The position numbers and the translations under genes are program-made. Shown piece by piece: positions 10,199-20,224 of a stretch of DNA of 64,000 bases. The stretch spans positions 25,488-89,487 of IMG/VR virus record IMGVR_UViG_3300045988_122657; one strand, written 5' to 3'. The notes beneath the pieces are model-generated. The model saw nothing but the letters and a program-made list of their open reading frames with translations, had not been told where the DNA came from and made no database searches. Positions within the stretch are counted from its first letter, which is position 1. Every line of letters starts with the position of its first letter. The stretch comes from a virus.

Positions 10199-11752
10199 CT
10201 ACGCTCCGTTTTTCTCTCGTTTTATGACATATCCTATTTCGTCCCAAGTATTTAAATCCAAATTGATTTCAAAAATTGGAATAACATTTTTGTTACCGCC
10301 TCGGTTTTTATCAACCTTAATACAGAAATATGTCTTGTCCTTTTTTAGATCGTGCGCCTGTGGCTCTCCCCAATCACTAATTGATATATACTGATATTTG
10401 TAATATTCGTCAGGATGTAATCTTTTACCAAGCATTAAGATATCAGCAACGTGCTTAATCTGTTTTGCATTGGCAATATTATTACTACTTAGTTGGAATA
10501 TATCTGTATACACTGTGTCATCTGTTAACTGGAATACAGAAAAACAAAACATATGGATCTCTTTCATAAGCTCTTTAATTTTTGTGGCTGTCTGTTTCAC
10601 CGTTTGCCAATCATCAATACGATAACCTTTTAACGTGTCATAACCACAATATTTCACATCATATAACATACGATGTTTTCTAAATTCAAACTCTAATGCC
10701 GAATCTGAGTAATCAGAGCCAACATCTTTGAAATATAATTTTCCTTGACGTTTCTGATCTACCCATTTTGCAACTTGCATAACTTTTTGAAACTCATCTG
10801 ACGTCGTAGCTACTCTATGTCTGTACTCCTCTTCTGTTTCAATAAAGTCGCCATTTTCATTTGTTTTTCTTTCAATCACATTGCCATTGTTGTCTCTGTA
10901 AATACCAAGAACTATTTCTTCTTCTGGCTTTTCAATATCAACCCCATGAAGCTCTTTAAAACATTTGTTGTTGATCACTGTAACGACTAAGCAATTTCGC
11001 AAATCGTCTTCATCCATTTCGTTACTGAGTAATAAAAATTTCTCATCCATTGCCAATACGATATATGCGATCAACAACATCATATTTCTTGATTTTCCTT
11101 CATTACTTAAGAATCCATTAAAAATTACCTTTCCAAGTCGACACCCTCTGAACATCTTATTGAGAATCCCCCAAGGTAACGGAATCCCTAAATCTGGTTT
11201 TGATAAAAATGATTCAACCTGTGATTCAACACCACTATTCAATAAGACAGAATCTTCGCCTGCGCTAATAACAGTATTAATTTTATCTGCCTGAGATCGA
11301 ATCACTCTATAAATATCTTTTGCTTCCCATTTTTCAAATAATCTATGGTTTAAAATTCTTTGAACAGGATATCCATTTCTGTCATACTCTCTAACAAGAG
11401 AGTATTTCTTAACGAGATTATAATATTTTTTAAAATCATCACAATCTGCAACCTGCATCCATGATGAAATTGTTTTCCACCCTTTGTATCTTTTATATGT
11501 CCTAAGTCTTTCATCTGATTGACTCATGAACATATTTACCTTATCTTCCTCAATCGTCTGAGTAAATGTTTTGTACATAATCTCAAACATATCATAGAAG
11601 AATTTACATGCCTCATCACTGAAATCATACTGGCTTCTCATATATCCACCATAAGAAACATATAAATCTGGTTGTTTATACAAAGCACCGATAAACATCA
11701 TTTCACTCTGAATGTTAGTTACACTTTTACGTTCCACTGTTTCTTCTGTCAA
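10199..11752 (-). CDS. DnaB-like replicative helicase
   Basis: RecA-like C-terminal domain with DnaB-type pattern 'LPWGILNKMFRGCRLGKVIFNGFLSNEGKSRNMMLLIAYIVLAMDEKFLLLSNEMDEDDLRNC'. Adjacent to the primase. Confidence 0.5.
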   Translation of the reverse strand: MTEETVERKSVTNIQSEMMFIGALYKQPDLYVSYGGYMRSQYDFSDEACKFFYDMFEIMYKTFTQTIEEDKVNMFMSQSDERLRTYKRYKGWKTISSWMQVADCDDFKKYYNLVKKYSLVREYDRNGYPVQRILNHRLFEKWEAKDIYRVIRSQADKINTVISAGEDSVLLNSGVESQVESFLSKPDLGIPLPWGILNKMFRGCRLGKVIFNGFLSNEGKSRNMMLLIAYIVLAMDEKFLLLSNEMDEDDLRNCLVVTVINNKCFKELHGVDIEKPEEEIVLGIYRDNNGNVIERKTNENGDFIETEEEYRHRVATTSDEFQKVMQVAKWVDQKRQGKLYFKDVGSDYSDSALEFEFRKHRMLYDVKYCGYDTLKGYRIDDWQTVKQTATKIKELMKEIHMFCFSVFQLTDDTVYTDIFQLSSNNIANAKQIKHVADILMLGKRLHPDEYYKYQYISISDWGEPQAHDLKKDKTYFCIKVDKNRGGNKNVIPIFEINLDLNTWDEIGYVIKREKNGA

Positions 11753-12462
11753 TCAAGTCCCTCACCAAAAATATCACTTAAAATGTCATCCATGTTATCG
11801 TCTTGCGTGGCTGTTACTACAGTTTTCTGAGTTGTGATATTATTTGTTTCAACAAAAGATTTTGCAAATTTTTCATTATTCTTTTTGTCTACTTCATTTA
11901 ATTTCTGTTTCTCTTTCCATCGTAAATAACTATCATATTTTCCCACTAAAACCGCTAAATCATAATTAACCTGGTGTGTTGGGTTATCTTTATCCATCGT
12001 TCCTTTTTGTATTAAAAATGTTCGATTTTTCTTAAGATATTTCATTTGACGCTTCCACATATCTAAAAGGTCACTTGGCGGAATTGGTTTCGCCAAACCA
12101 CGATATGTACCTTTGTAAATACTTTTCAATTTTGTAAAAACATATGCTGGTACAGAACCAATGTAATTATAATTATCAAGAATAAACCGATATACTTTGT
12201 CTTCTAATAATCTTGGTTCAAGTAACAATCGTGCTTTCTGATTATATTCGTCAATCTTAGATAATGCAGATAACCATTTATCATGTTTAGTATTTTTGGA
12301 TAATAATTTTGCTTCACACATTTTTTGGAAACATTCTTTGTGATAATAACTATTGTCATATTTAACAATCTCTTGTACTTTATCTAAATCAAGTTCAATT
12401 ACTTCTTTACAATAAGCACATTTTACTGTTAAAACATCTGCCATACTACAGTTACTCCTCAC
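11749..12462 (-). CDS. hypothetical protein with N-terminal Cys/His cluster
   Basis: 'CAYCKEVIELD...YHKECF'; start overlaps the upstream stop by 4 nt. Confidence 0.45.
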   Translation of the reverse strand: MRSNCSMADVLTVKCAYCKEVIELDLDKVQEIVKYDNSYYHKECFQKMCEAKLLSKNTKHDKWLSALSKIDEYNQKARLLLEPRLLEDKVYRFILDNYNYIGSVPAYVFTKLKSIYKGTYRGLAKPIPPSDLLDMWKRQMKYLKKNRTFLIQKGTMDKDNPTHQVNYDLAVLVGKYDSYLRWKEKQKLNEVDKKNNEKFAKSFVETNNITTQKTVVTATQDDNMDDILSDIFGEGLD

Positions 12463-12511
12463 TTAATATCTAAGGATCAGACAGCCCAAAAGGGCTGCCA
12501 CATAAATCCTT

Positions 12512-13699
12512 TTATGATAAAACTTCCTCAATCTTTTTCAACTGTCCAAGATCTTTAATTCGTGTAATTGTAGTAGGTAATCCTTCTTTCACAAGCTTGT
12601 CTTTCATCTCCTGTTTCTCTGGAGGTGTCATCTGTTTAATCATATTAATAATTCGCTTTCTAACTGCCTCAACAGAATCTTCATTATTGGAAACTCCGTC
12701 ATTAGTTACACCAGATTCTTCTTTTTCTGCTTCCTCTTCGGAAACTGGCTTACCTGCTTCTCCAAGAATTTCTCTCTTATAGATTTTCTGTTCAACATCA
12801 ACTGCTTTTGTGAGGGCATTACCAAGTGTAAACTCTTTGTTACCAACAGAATTGTCAATAACTTTCTGCCATGCTAACATCTGCGGATCTTCAACAATTT
12901 CATTCTTTTTATATGTATGTGTTCTATCTTTCACAATCTGTGCACAAACCATGTCAGTTTCATCATCAACGAATGTACGAATTACTGTTTTGGCGTTATA
13001 ATCCATACCTTTAAATCCGTCAATAATTTTACGACCTGTTGTAACAGTTTCTCTTTTACCATCAATCATCTTAGATTCTGTTTCATCTTTTTCTCTTGCT
13101 GTTACAACACAATGTGCTCCAGAAGCTAATAAATCAAGAATTAAATCCTGACCTTTGAAGTTTACAGTCTGGTAATCTTTTAATTCCATACCTGCACCTT
13201 CAATCTTGACAAGTCTGGCTTCACCTGTCATATTTGCAGCATCCGCTTTTACACGATTTCTTTTCTTAGAGAACTCAATCAATCCCTGTTTTGTAGTCAG
13301 ATTTAAGATTGTTGATCCATCTACAACAATTGCATCAGCTCTAAATGGAAGACCATCTGCATCTAAAACTACATCATCAGTTTCTTCTCCATCGTCATCA
13401 AGCTCGTAGAAGTCACCGTTTGTTTTAACTGTATCAATATAATGTCTTACTTCTCCTAAGCTCTGAGTGTAAACAATGTAAATGTTTTCGAGATTTACAC
13501 CATTTTCCTCTAATTCTGGTAAATAATCATCAATACTTCCTGATTCAGAATCTAAATATAAGACTCTGAAAGGTTTCCCATCTGGGCGTTTAAAATACGC
13601 TAACTGCATTGCCAGTGTACTTTTACCAGTAAAAGGTTCTCCATAAATAATAGTCATCAATTTACTCTGTGTTTTTGCTGCTTTTCTTGCTTTTGCCAA
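12512..13699 (-). CDS. RecA-like recombination ATPase (AAA_24/Sak4-like)
   Basis: Walker A 'IIYGEPFTGKSTLAMQLA' followed by 'RVLYLDSESG'; acidic C-terminus. Confidence 0.5.
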   Translation of the reverse strand: MAKARKAAKTQSKLMTIIYGEPFTGKSTLAMQLAYFKRPDGKPFRVLYLDSESGSIDDYLPELEENGVNLENIYIVYTQSLGEVRHYIDTVKTNGDFYELDDDGEETDDVVLDADGLPFRADAIVVDGSTILNLTTKQGLIEFSKKRNRVKADAANMTGEARLVKIEGAGMELKDYQTVNFKGQDLILDLLASGAHCVVTAREKDETESKMIDGKRETVTTGRKIIDGFKGMDYNAKTVIRTFVDDETDMVCAQIVKDRTHTYKKNEIVEDPQMLAWQKVIDNSVGNKEFTLGNALTKAVDVEQKIYKREILGEAGKPVSEEEAEKEESGVTNDGVSNNEDSVEAVRKRIINMIKQMTPPEKQEMKDKLVKEGLPTTITRIKDLGQLKKIEEVLS

Positions 13700-13764
13700 A
13701 TGTAAAACTCCTTTATGTATATATTGTTTTTGTTATTTATTTGTGAAATGATTTAGAATTGCTC

Positions 13765-14877
13765 TTACCAAACATCGCCTTCAGTATCATCTGAAGAATC
13801 ATCAAAACCAGATCCCCATTCATCATCTGTAGAAGAACTACTTGTCTGTTTATCATCAGACTCACCGAAATCACTTCTTGCTGCTTCTGCCTTTTTAATA
13901 GCTTCAATCGCTGCATCAATTGCTTCTCTGGTGTATGTTTCTGAATCAATACTGTCTTTGCTTGCGCCAGTGATAATAAGTTCTTTTCTTGCAGAATTTA
14001 CGACTCTCTTTGTAGGATCTGCTTCTCCCCATCCATCATCTTCTACTTCAACTTCTTCTGTCTGAATTTCTGTCTTAATATGTCCCCAAACTTCAATAGA
14101 TGAATATGGCTTCACATTTTTCTTAAAAGTTTTTGCTAATTTCTTATTTGTCATATAGAATTCAGCGTCATCAACAGATGAATAACCAATAATCTTTCCA
14201 TAAACGATAAAACGTCCTGTTGGCACATCATTTTCTTTTTCCTGTTCGATATTTGTGAATACCATTGTCTGTTTGAAATCAGATCTTACTTTACGTTCTT
14301 CATCATCAAGATCAATTTCTTTACTTGTTAAACTAATCTGTGTTGGAGACATTCTTGACCACTGACGTTTAGTACCGTCTCCCCCAGTAAAACTTCCATA
14401 TTCAATATCTCCTTTGATGAATACACTCTGGTTGTCTGCCATATGTTCTGAAGTATATTTTGTTAAATCAAATGGATCTAAGACAACTTTCTTATTAACA
14501 ACCTGTTCTTTATCATTGGTCTCTTTTTCAAGACCTGCTCTTGAACCAATAATTGCCCAACCTTCGCCAAGTCCTAATTCTTCAGTCGATTTAAAACGAT
14601 CCGCCCAAGGAATTTTTTTAGTTTTGTATGTACCATCTTTCTCTCGTTTGATAAAACATACTGTAGGTTTTTCAAATGCCTGAATTTTACATCCAACTTT
14701 TACGTCAGGTTCTACTTTAACTCCGAAAGATAATGTCCGTTTATCTTTGCCTTTCTGCGTTTTACTTTCCTTATAAAAGTCGTCTTTTGCACAATCAGTG
14801 ATTAATCCTTCTAACTGAAATGTACCTTTGGTTTCTGGTAAGTTGAAAAGTCTTTTAGATTTTGTGTTTTCTGCCAA
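13765..14877 (-). CDS. putative single-stranded DNA-binding protein with acidic C-terminal tail
   Basis: 370-aa ORF immediately downstream of the Sak4-like gene; C-terminus 'DDEWGSGFDDSSDDTEGDVW' resembles SSB acidic tails. Assignment is by context and tail only. Confidence 0.35.
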   Translation of the reverse strand: MAENTKSKRLFNLPETKGTFQLEGLITDCAKDDFYKESKTQKGKDKRTLSFGVKVEPDVKVGCKIQAFEKPTVCFIKREKDGTYKTKKIPWADRFKSTEELGLGEGWAIIGSRAGLEKETNDKEQVVNKKVVLDPFDLTKYTSEHMADNQSVFIKGDIEYGSFTGGDGTKRQWSRMSPTQISLTSKEIDLDDEERKVRSDFKQTMVFTNIEQEKENDVPTGRFIVYGKIIGYSSVDDAEFYMTNKKLAKTFKKNVKPYSSIEVWGHIKTEIQTEEVEVEDDGWGEADPTKRVVNSARKELIITGASKDSIDSETYTREAIDAAIEAIKKAEAARSDFGESDDKQTSSSSTDDEWGSGFDDSSDDTEGDVW

Positions 14878-15082
14878 ATGAATTTACCTCTTTCTGTTAT
14901 TAAATTTGTTTAGTTAGTTTTTAGTTTGTAAATAAGTCATCAATTTATATCCACTGTCAACTCTGCCAAAGCCAACAGGAACAAAAATAATTGTATCTGA
15001 TCGTCTTACATTGTTATAATCGTTCTAGTACGTTTATAACAAATGCGTCAAAAAAATAATAAAAGCAAAAGCTTTTTGGAAA

Positions 15083-15622
15083 TTATAAGGATGGGATTAA
15101 TTTATTTTTAATTTTTTTCAATTGATATTGAATTGCTTGATATGTAACACCAAGGGTATTTCCTATTTCTTCGTTCGTATACCCTTTTGCCTTTAAATTA
15201 ATAATTAACCTGTCCTTATTATTTAGTATTCGCATTTGCTCATCAAAACACAAAAAGAAAATTAATTTTTTTTCATTATTTTTTTTATCAGCTAACAAAA
15301 AAGAATATTCTTTTTCGTCTTCATCTAAATCATTCATTAACTGATTGTACGATAAGGTAAGTCGTTCATCTCTTTTATCTGCAAATCTCCATCGAGTATA
15401 TGCTATAATTTCTTTTTGCATACATTTATATGCATATGTAGAGAATGATTTAGCTTTGGATTCATCATAATCAATTGCTGCCTTACACAACCCAATGGCA
15501 GCGAATCCATAATAGTCATCAAAATCTTGTCTGCGGATACCGCATTTTGTCATAGCAGAGTAAATCAAATTATGATTTTGTTCTACTAATTTTCTCTGTT
15601 CGTCATTTAATTTCAACGACAT
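15083..15622 (-). CDS. sigma-70 family RNA polymerase sigma factor (regions 2 and 4)
   Basis: Region 2-like 'NLIYSAMTKCGIRRQDFDDYYGFAAIGLCKAAIDYDESKAKSFSTYAYKCMQKEIIAYTRW' and region 4 HTH 'LINLKAKGYTNEEIGNTLGVTYQAIQYQLKKIKNKL'. Confidence 0.65.
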   Translation of the reverse strand: MSLKLNDEQRKLVEQNHNLIYSAMTKCGIRRQDFDDYYGFAAIGLCKAAIDYDESKAKSFSTYAYKCMQKEIIAYTRWRFADKRDERLTLSYNQLMNDLDEDEKEYSFLLADKKNNEKKLIFFLCFDEQMRILNNKDRLIINLKAKGYTNEEIGNTLGVTYQAIQYQLKKIKNKLIPSL

Positions 15623-15653
15623 TTTCTCCTTTATTTACTTGTGTTTATGTAGT

Positions 15654-15890
15654 TTATCCCTTGTAAAAAGGTTCCCATTGCTTAGGTGGGAATTTGTTTA
15701 ATCTCCAAACGGCAGGATAATTATAGGTGATAGGGCATATTTGTCTAGCTCCTCCATCCTGTAGTTCTAAAAATGGGCATTTAATGCTACAACCACAATC
15801 ATCTTTATTAAGCGAACAAATATCTTGAATTGTTTTTAATGATTTTGCCACTTCTTCATCTGTATACTCTCCATAATTTTTCTCATCCAT
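15654..15890 (-). CDS. small Cys4 protein (paralog 1)
   Basis: '..DDCGCSIKCPFLELQDGGARQICPITYNYPAVWRLNKFPPKQWEPFYKG'. Shares C-x-C-x3-CP...C...P.VW...W..F with the neighbouring gene. Confidence 0.5.
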   Translation of the reverse strand: MDEKNYGEYTDEEVAKSLKTIQDICSLNKDDCGCSIKCPFLELQDGGARQICPITYNYPAVWRLNKFPPKQWEPFYKG

Positions 15891-15901
15891 ATAAACACCT
15901 C

Positions 15902-16135
15902 CTATTTTTCAAATGCTCGCCACGTAGTATCTGGATCATCATCAATCTCCCAAACATAAGGATCAGAATCTCTAATCGTGCAACTTGGCGCCCTCCCTGT
16001 CATTGTACATAATGGGCATTTTTTGCAATCTTCATCATTGCCATGAAGATAATACTCACATGTATCCTGAATTACATGCAATGCATTTAGAATCTCTTCA
16101 GGCGTATGTAATTTACTTTTCTTTTCTTTCTCCAT
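15902..16135 (-). CDS. small Cys4 protein (paralog 2)
   Basis: '..DCKKCPLCTMTGRAPSCTIRDSDPYVWEIDDDPDTTWRAFEK'. Likely start is the internal MEKEKK at 16135 with SD AAGGAGA (ORF track start 16201). Confidence 0.5.
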   Translation of the reverse strand: MEKEKKSKLHTPEEILNALHVIQDTCEYYLHGNDEDCKKCPLCTMTGRAPSCTIRDSDPYVWEIDDDPDTTWRAFEK

Positions 16136-16628
16136 TATATTTCTCCTTGATTGCATCAATTGCAAACTGCAACGCCTCATCTTGAATTGTTGTATAATCA
16201 TTTACGGAAATCATATCATTTAATACATGGATGTACTGTGCCGCATTGGTTTTGGTAGATAGTAGCTTTTCAGAATCTCGATTCTCTATGTCGTTCACAG
16301 TCAATGTATCGCACGCATTAATACACGAATTCACCAATTCGTTCCATAGCGAAAAAACAAAATATCTCGCTGCAATCGGTTGACATTTTAGTTCATCAAC
16401 TAGTGGTTTCGTCAGTTGAAACGTATCAAGTAAACTACATATATTATAATATTTTCGAAGTATATGATCTTGCTTATTTGATCCAACCTCATCCATTGGA
16501 AGTGCTAAACTATCTCTTAATTCTTCTAACTGCCCGTATGTAAACACTTTATTATTTTCTTTCTTCACTCTGTCTTTCCCATTCCTTTCTCCAAGAATCA
16601 TCTTCTTTAATATTACCAAGTTTGACAT
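16113..16628 (-). CDS. hypothetical protein
   Basis: ORF in the minus-strand array; start uncertain because it overlaps the upstream ORF by 77 nt. Confidence 0.4.
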   Translation of the reverse strand: MSNLVILKKMILGERNGKDRVKKENNKVFTYGQLEELRDSLALPMDEVGSNKQDHILRKYYNICSLLDTFQLTKPLVDELKCQPIAARYFVFSLWNELVNSCINACDTLTVNDIENRDSEKLLSTKTNAAQYIHVLNDMISVNDYTTIQDEALQFAIDAIKEKYNGERKEK

Positions 16629-16977
16629 ATTGATCTGGCTTGATTTCTCCCAAATTGATCATATCAGAACTATAAATAGATAACATCTGCCACGCCAAAT
16701 CTTCATCACTATAAATAATCAAGTAAGCGTCTTCGTCGTCATCAATCAATTGCACCACATCATATTCAAACTCATTTTCTCTACCTGTTGATCTACAGAT
16801 AGACTCTGGCTTAATTTGACATCCGTACATATTAGCATTATCTTTTTCTTCTGATCCATATCCTTGAAATAACAACCACTCATTACCGATATATGTTCCG
16901 ACAAACCATTTATTATCACAGTGGTTTTGTGCTCGACAATACATTCCATTGTCTTGATAAAGCTTGTTCATTTTCAA
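16552..16977 (-). CDS. hypothetical protein
   Basis: 141-aa ORF in the gene array. Confidence 0.45.
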   Translation of the reverse strand: MKMNKLYQDNGMYCRAQNHCDNKWFVGTYIGNEWLLFQGYGSEEKDNANMYGCQIKPESICRSTGRENEFEYDVVQLIDDDEDAYLIIYSDEDLAWQMLSIYSSDMINLGEIKPDQYVKLGNIKEDDSWRKEWERQSEERK

Positions 16978-17029
16978 TCACTTCCCTAATTCAATCCCGC
17001 AGATTTCTTTCTTCATTATGTTTCTCCTT

Positions 17030-17383
17030 TTATTTCATAAAAACTTTTGACCCACTGAACATTGGAATAACACCAAACTCAGTATCATCGAGCCATTTTA
17101 ATCCAGATTTATCAGAAAACCATAAGTTGGGCACAAAATATTCTAATTTGCTAGCAGGATAATCTTTATTCTTATATCTTCGCAATTCTGTGCTCTGATA
17201 TATTAGATTCTGAATAATTGGCTTCAGTAGTTCTAAGTCCTCTTTCGATTCTGGATACTCTCCTCTACTTTGAAAATGATAATATAACAAATTACAAACT
17301 ACATATATATCGTTATAAAAATCGTTATCGCCAACAGTTACTACCAAGTATTTTTCATTTTTATAATCTTTACTTTCATTCAT
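17030..17383 (-). CDS. hypothetical protein
   Basis: 117-aa ORF in the gene array. Confidence 0.45.
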   Translation of the reverse strand: MNESKDYKNEKYLVVTVGDNDFYNDIYVVCNLLYYHFQSRGEYPESKEDLELLKPIIQNLIYQSTELRRYKNKDYPASKLEYFVPNLWFSDKSGLKWLDDTEFGVIPMFSGSKVFMK

Positions 17384-17389
17384 ATTTCA

Positions 17390-17788
17390 TCACTCTCCTA
17401 GCTCAATACCGCAAATTTCTTTCGCTAGTTCTCTTGCAGCAACACGACTTACCCAATCTGTCTGCCAACCATTTATATATGGCGACGACCAATCTGTAAG
17501 ATCATTGTTATACATAAATTTCAGCAAATCTTCTAAGCTATGAATATCTTTCTTAACTTCATTTACCTTTCCATAAAACTCTCGTTTTAGAACCGCTTTT
17601 ATTTCTGATTCAGTGCGATATATCTCTTCTAAAAGAACCATATATAAACCATGCGTTATACTGTCTTGTATCATTATATATATTAGATCGCCAAGACATT
17701 TAATCTCCGTAATGATTCCAGACTTAACAGTATATGGTTCATCATACCAAGCAAAATACACCTTATCTCCAACCTTAAAATCGCACAT
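17390..17788 (-). CDS. hypothetical protein
   Basis: 132-aa ORF in the gene array. Confidence 0.45.
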   Translation of the reverse strand: MCDFKVGDKVYFAWYDEPYTVKSGIITEIKCLGDLIYIMIQDSITHGLYMVLLEEIYRTESEIKAVLKREFYGKVNEVKKDIHSLEDLLKFMYNNDLTDWSSPYINGWQTDWVSRVAARELAKEICGIELGE

Positions 17789-17804
17789 TTTACATCACCT
17801 CTTT

Positions 17805-18038
17805 CTAACACCAAGCCCATATAATTGCACCTATAGCACCAACAATATGTATAACACACCATATTTGAGAGAACATACTCAAGAATCTTCCAGGAATCCC
17901 TTTTGGATATGATATATATAAGTATTCATCTCTATTGTCATAAATCCAGCACCATATTCCAACATAAACGACACATGCTATGAGAATACTTGCTAATTGG
18001 ATTATCAATTTTACATCCTTCATAGTTACTTCTACCAT
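17805..18038 (-). CDS. small membrane protein (2 predicted TM helices)
   Basis: Hydrophobic segments LIIQLASILIACVVYVGIW and HIVGAIGAIIWAW. Confidence 0.45.
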   Translation of the reverse strand: MVEVTMKDVKLIIQLASILIACVVYVGIWCWIYDNRDEYLYISYPKGIPGRFLSMFSQIWCVIHIVGAIGAIIWAWC

Positions 18039-18568
18039 TCATTAAGCTCAAGACCACATTCGTCTCTCTTAGCAAAATACTCAGATTCAACTTCATAGTG
18101 AACATCTTTATATAATTGATCATAATATGATTTCTGTAATTTGAAAAATGCAACCTTTAAATCATTTTCATAAAATTTACCCTGCTGTCCATTTTGAATT
18201 GTACGATATCCAATTTCTGGATGGTTATATGAAACTGAAATAATTGATCCATTATAACCAATGGTCATATGAATTCCTCCATTGACATCCGCCCGATATT
18301 CAACCTGATATCCGTCAATAAACCCATATGGATGCCACTCATAATCATCTGGCGCAACAGCAGGTTCAATAACATCAAAATATTTTTCTAATTCATCTCC
18401 CGACATCACACCAAGATGCACTCCATCTACACCAAATCTAAAATTAATAACATTTTCATCTATATCAATCTTAACAATCTCGCATACCTCTCCAAGATTA
18501 TCAAAGCATCCCATTGGCTTCTTTAATTTAATCTTATGATCTATAGTCAATTCATTAATATTAATCAT
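18032..18568 (-). CDS. hypothetical protein
   Basis: 178-aa ORF with overlapping start/stop to its neighbours. Confidence 0.45.
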   Translation of the reverse strand: MININELTIDHKIKLKKPMGCFDNLGEVCEIVKIDIDENVINFRFGVDGVHLGVMSGDELEKYFDVIEPAVAPDDYEWHPYGFIDGYQVEYRADVNGGIHMTIGYNGSIISVSYNHPEIGYRTIQNGQQGKFYENDLKVAFFKLQKSYYDQLYKDVHYEVESEYFAKRDECGLELNEW

Positions 18569-19599
18569 GCTGCCACCTTACCTTTCTTACTAAAATGTTC
18601 ATTCCATGCATCGACCGCTTCTTGTTGATCGGCAGTTAGAGGATCATTGAATCTTTGCAGTGCTTGTACGATTCGTCCATTTTGTATTTCAATCGTCACT
18701 AAGGATTTGTTTGGTTCTTTTGCGTTTCTCAAAAACATAATATGGCATTCGCCATCAATGACTCGGTCTATGTAACTTGCCACACAATTATTTTGCTGCA
18801 CCGCTTCGTCTTTAATGTCTTGAGTGGAGTCTGGATAAAAGAATCTCAGTCCTTTATATGTAAATTCGTATTCTTTATTAATACGGCTCTTAAAGACTTC
18901 TTCCGAAAATTCTTTTTGTAATCTTTTGTAATTTCTTGTGACAATATCCATTGTTGTTTTGAAATGTCTTGGATATCTATCAAATTTATGACTGATTGCG
19001 TCCATCATACGGGCATAATCACGCAATTCTCCGAGTAACCAATTTATACTATTGGTAGCAGCTTCAAATGTAATTATTCTATCTATATAAACAAACACAT
19101 CTGCAAGATTATAGCCATAATCCTGATTTAAAGCCTCCAAAATTTTCGTAAAACGATATCTATGATTATCCTCAAAGAAATTTATTAAATATTCTTTAGT
19201 TAATGTCATATACTCTGTCTGTAAAATCGTTTGTACATAATCTGGATACATCTTATAAAAATCAACAAAATCATTACTTAACAATCGTCTATTCTTCACA
19301 CCAAGACAATAATTTCTCAACCATTTTGGTACTTCATTAATTGAATATTTAAAATCTTCTGTGACTTGTTTGTGTGTAAACCCTATAGCAAAGAACTGCT
19401 CGCACATAGAATACTTACTTGCATATTCAAACAAAGTTCCTAAATTATAATCAATGAAGCCCCATGTAGTTCTTCCCATTTCACAATTTCTTCGCCAATT
19501 TACATATTTTAGAAACTCTGCATAATGTGGATCGGACACAAACAATTTATCCAATTCATCAGCTGAATGTCCAGACAGAATATTGTTCAAAGCTTTCAC
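18565..19599 (-). CDS. hypothetical protein (possibly PcfJ-like)
   Basis: 344-aa ORF with GTG start; C-terminal block 'NCVASYIDRVIDGECHIMFLRNAKEPNKSLVTIEIQNGRIVQALQRFN'. Family assignment is tentative. Confidence 0.45.
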   Translation of the reverse strand: MKALNNILSGHSADELDKLFVSDPHYAEFLKYVNWRRNCEMGRTTWGFIDYNLGTLFEYASKYSMCEQFFAIGFTHKQVTEDFKYSINEVPKWLRNYCLGVKNRRLLSNDFVDFYKMYPDYVQTILQTEYMTLTKEYLINFFEDNHRYRFTKILEALNQDYGYNLADVFVYIDRIITFEAATNSINWLLGELRDYARMMDAISHKFDRYPRHFKTTMDIVTRNYKRLQKEFSEEVFKSRINKEYEFTYKGLRFFYPDSTQDIKDEAVQQNNCVASYIDRVIDGECHIMFLRNAKEPNKSLVTIEIQNGRIVQALQRFNDPLTADQQEAVDAWNEHFSKKGKVAA

Positions 19600-19741
19600 T
19601 TTCCTGCCGCTCTTGCCATAGCAATCACCATTTGATAAATCATATTTGCAAGTTTTACCATCATCCAGATGGAAAATAATAAACTTACCTTGTTTTTCTG
19701 CCGTGATAATGTTTCAACTCCTTTCATTTCGCCTCAAATTC

Positions 19742-20224
19742 CTATTTTATCATCATGTTATGCTCCCAATTATAATGCTTCATCGTCAAGTAGAAATCTG
19801 TAACATAATCGCATAAACTGTCAGAATCTCTAAACACTCTATCAGACATCTCAATCCACCAAGCATGTAATGGTTCAATATCTTTGTTCAGAATCAGTAC
19901 AGGAATATGGTGTTCATATGCGATCGCAATCTCCATAGACGTTCCAATGCTTTTCGGATCATTTGCATTAACAATTACAAGATCGCTGTTTCTAACAAAG
20001 TTGGTATCAAATCGCATCACTTCTTTCTCTGTATCGAATAATTTTTCTTTAAAATTATAATAATCTACAGGGTTAATAATATTCATTGGCTTAGTATCGG
20101 CACATGTTTTTTTACATCGACTGATAAGTGATTTACGAATTTTTTCTCGCCACTCATTTTGTTTTGTAAACGATAAGTTTTGCATACCGCCAGCCAAATA
20201 AATCTGAAATATATTATTTTGCAT
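19742..20224 (-). CDS. nucleoside 2-deoxyribosyltransferase / Rcl(DNPH1)-like N-glycosidase family protein
   Basis: 'IYLAGGM' N-terminal motif and '..NSDLVIVNANDPKSIGTSMEIAIAYEHHIPVLIL', matching the NDT/Rcl fold signature. Confidence 0.5.
   Translation of the reverse strand: MQNNIFQIYLAGGMQNLSFTKQNEWREKIRKSLISRCKKTCADTKPMNIINPVDYYNFKEKLFDTEKEVMRFDTNFVRNSDLVIVNANDPKSIGTSMEIAIAYEHHIPVLILNKDIEPLHAWWIEMSDRVFRDSDSLCDYVTDFYLTMKHYNWEHNMMIK

Noticed and set aside
12466-12500. GC-rich hairpin CAGCCC-AAAA-GGGCTG between genes 11749-12462 and 12512-13699 as a terminator
   Set aside because: No U-run follows on either strand. More likely an RNA-stability or processing hairpin within a polycistronic transcript, so it is not listed as a terminator.
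13737-13949. Minus-strand 70-aa ORF overlapping the 3' end of the SSB-like gene in another frame
   Set aside because: Embedded in the acidic-tail coding region of the longer ORF; no independent RBS; Q/K/L-rich artefact.
14990-15025. Plus-strand promoter-like TTGTAT-18-TATAAT downstream of the sigma-factor gene
   Set aside because: Would fire antisense into the 3' end of a minus-strand gene with no plus-strand ORF; the 18-nt spacer and weak -35 make it a likely chance match in AT-rich DNA.
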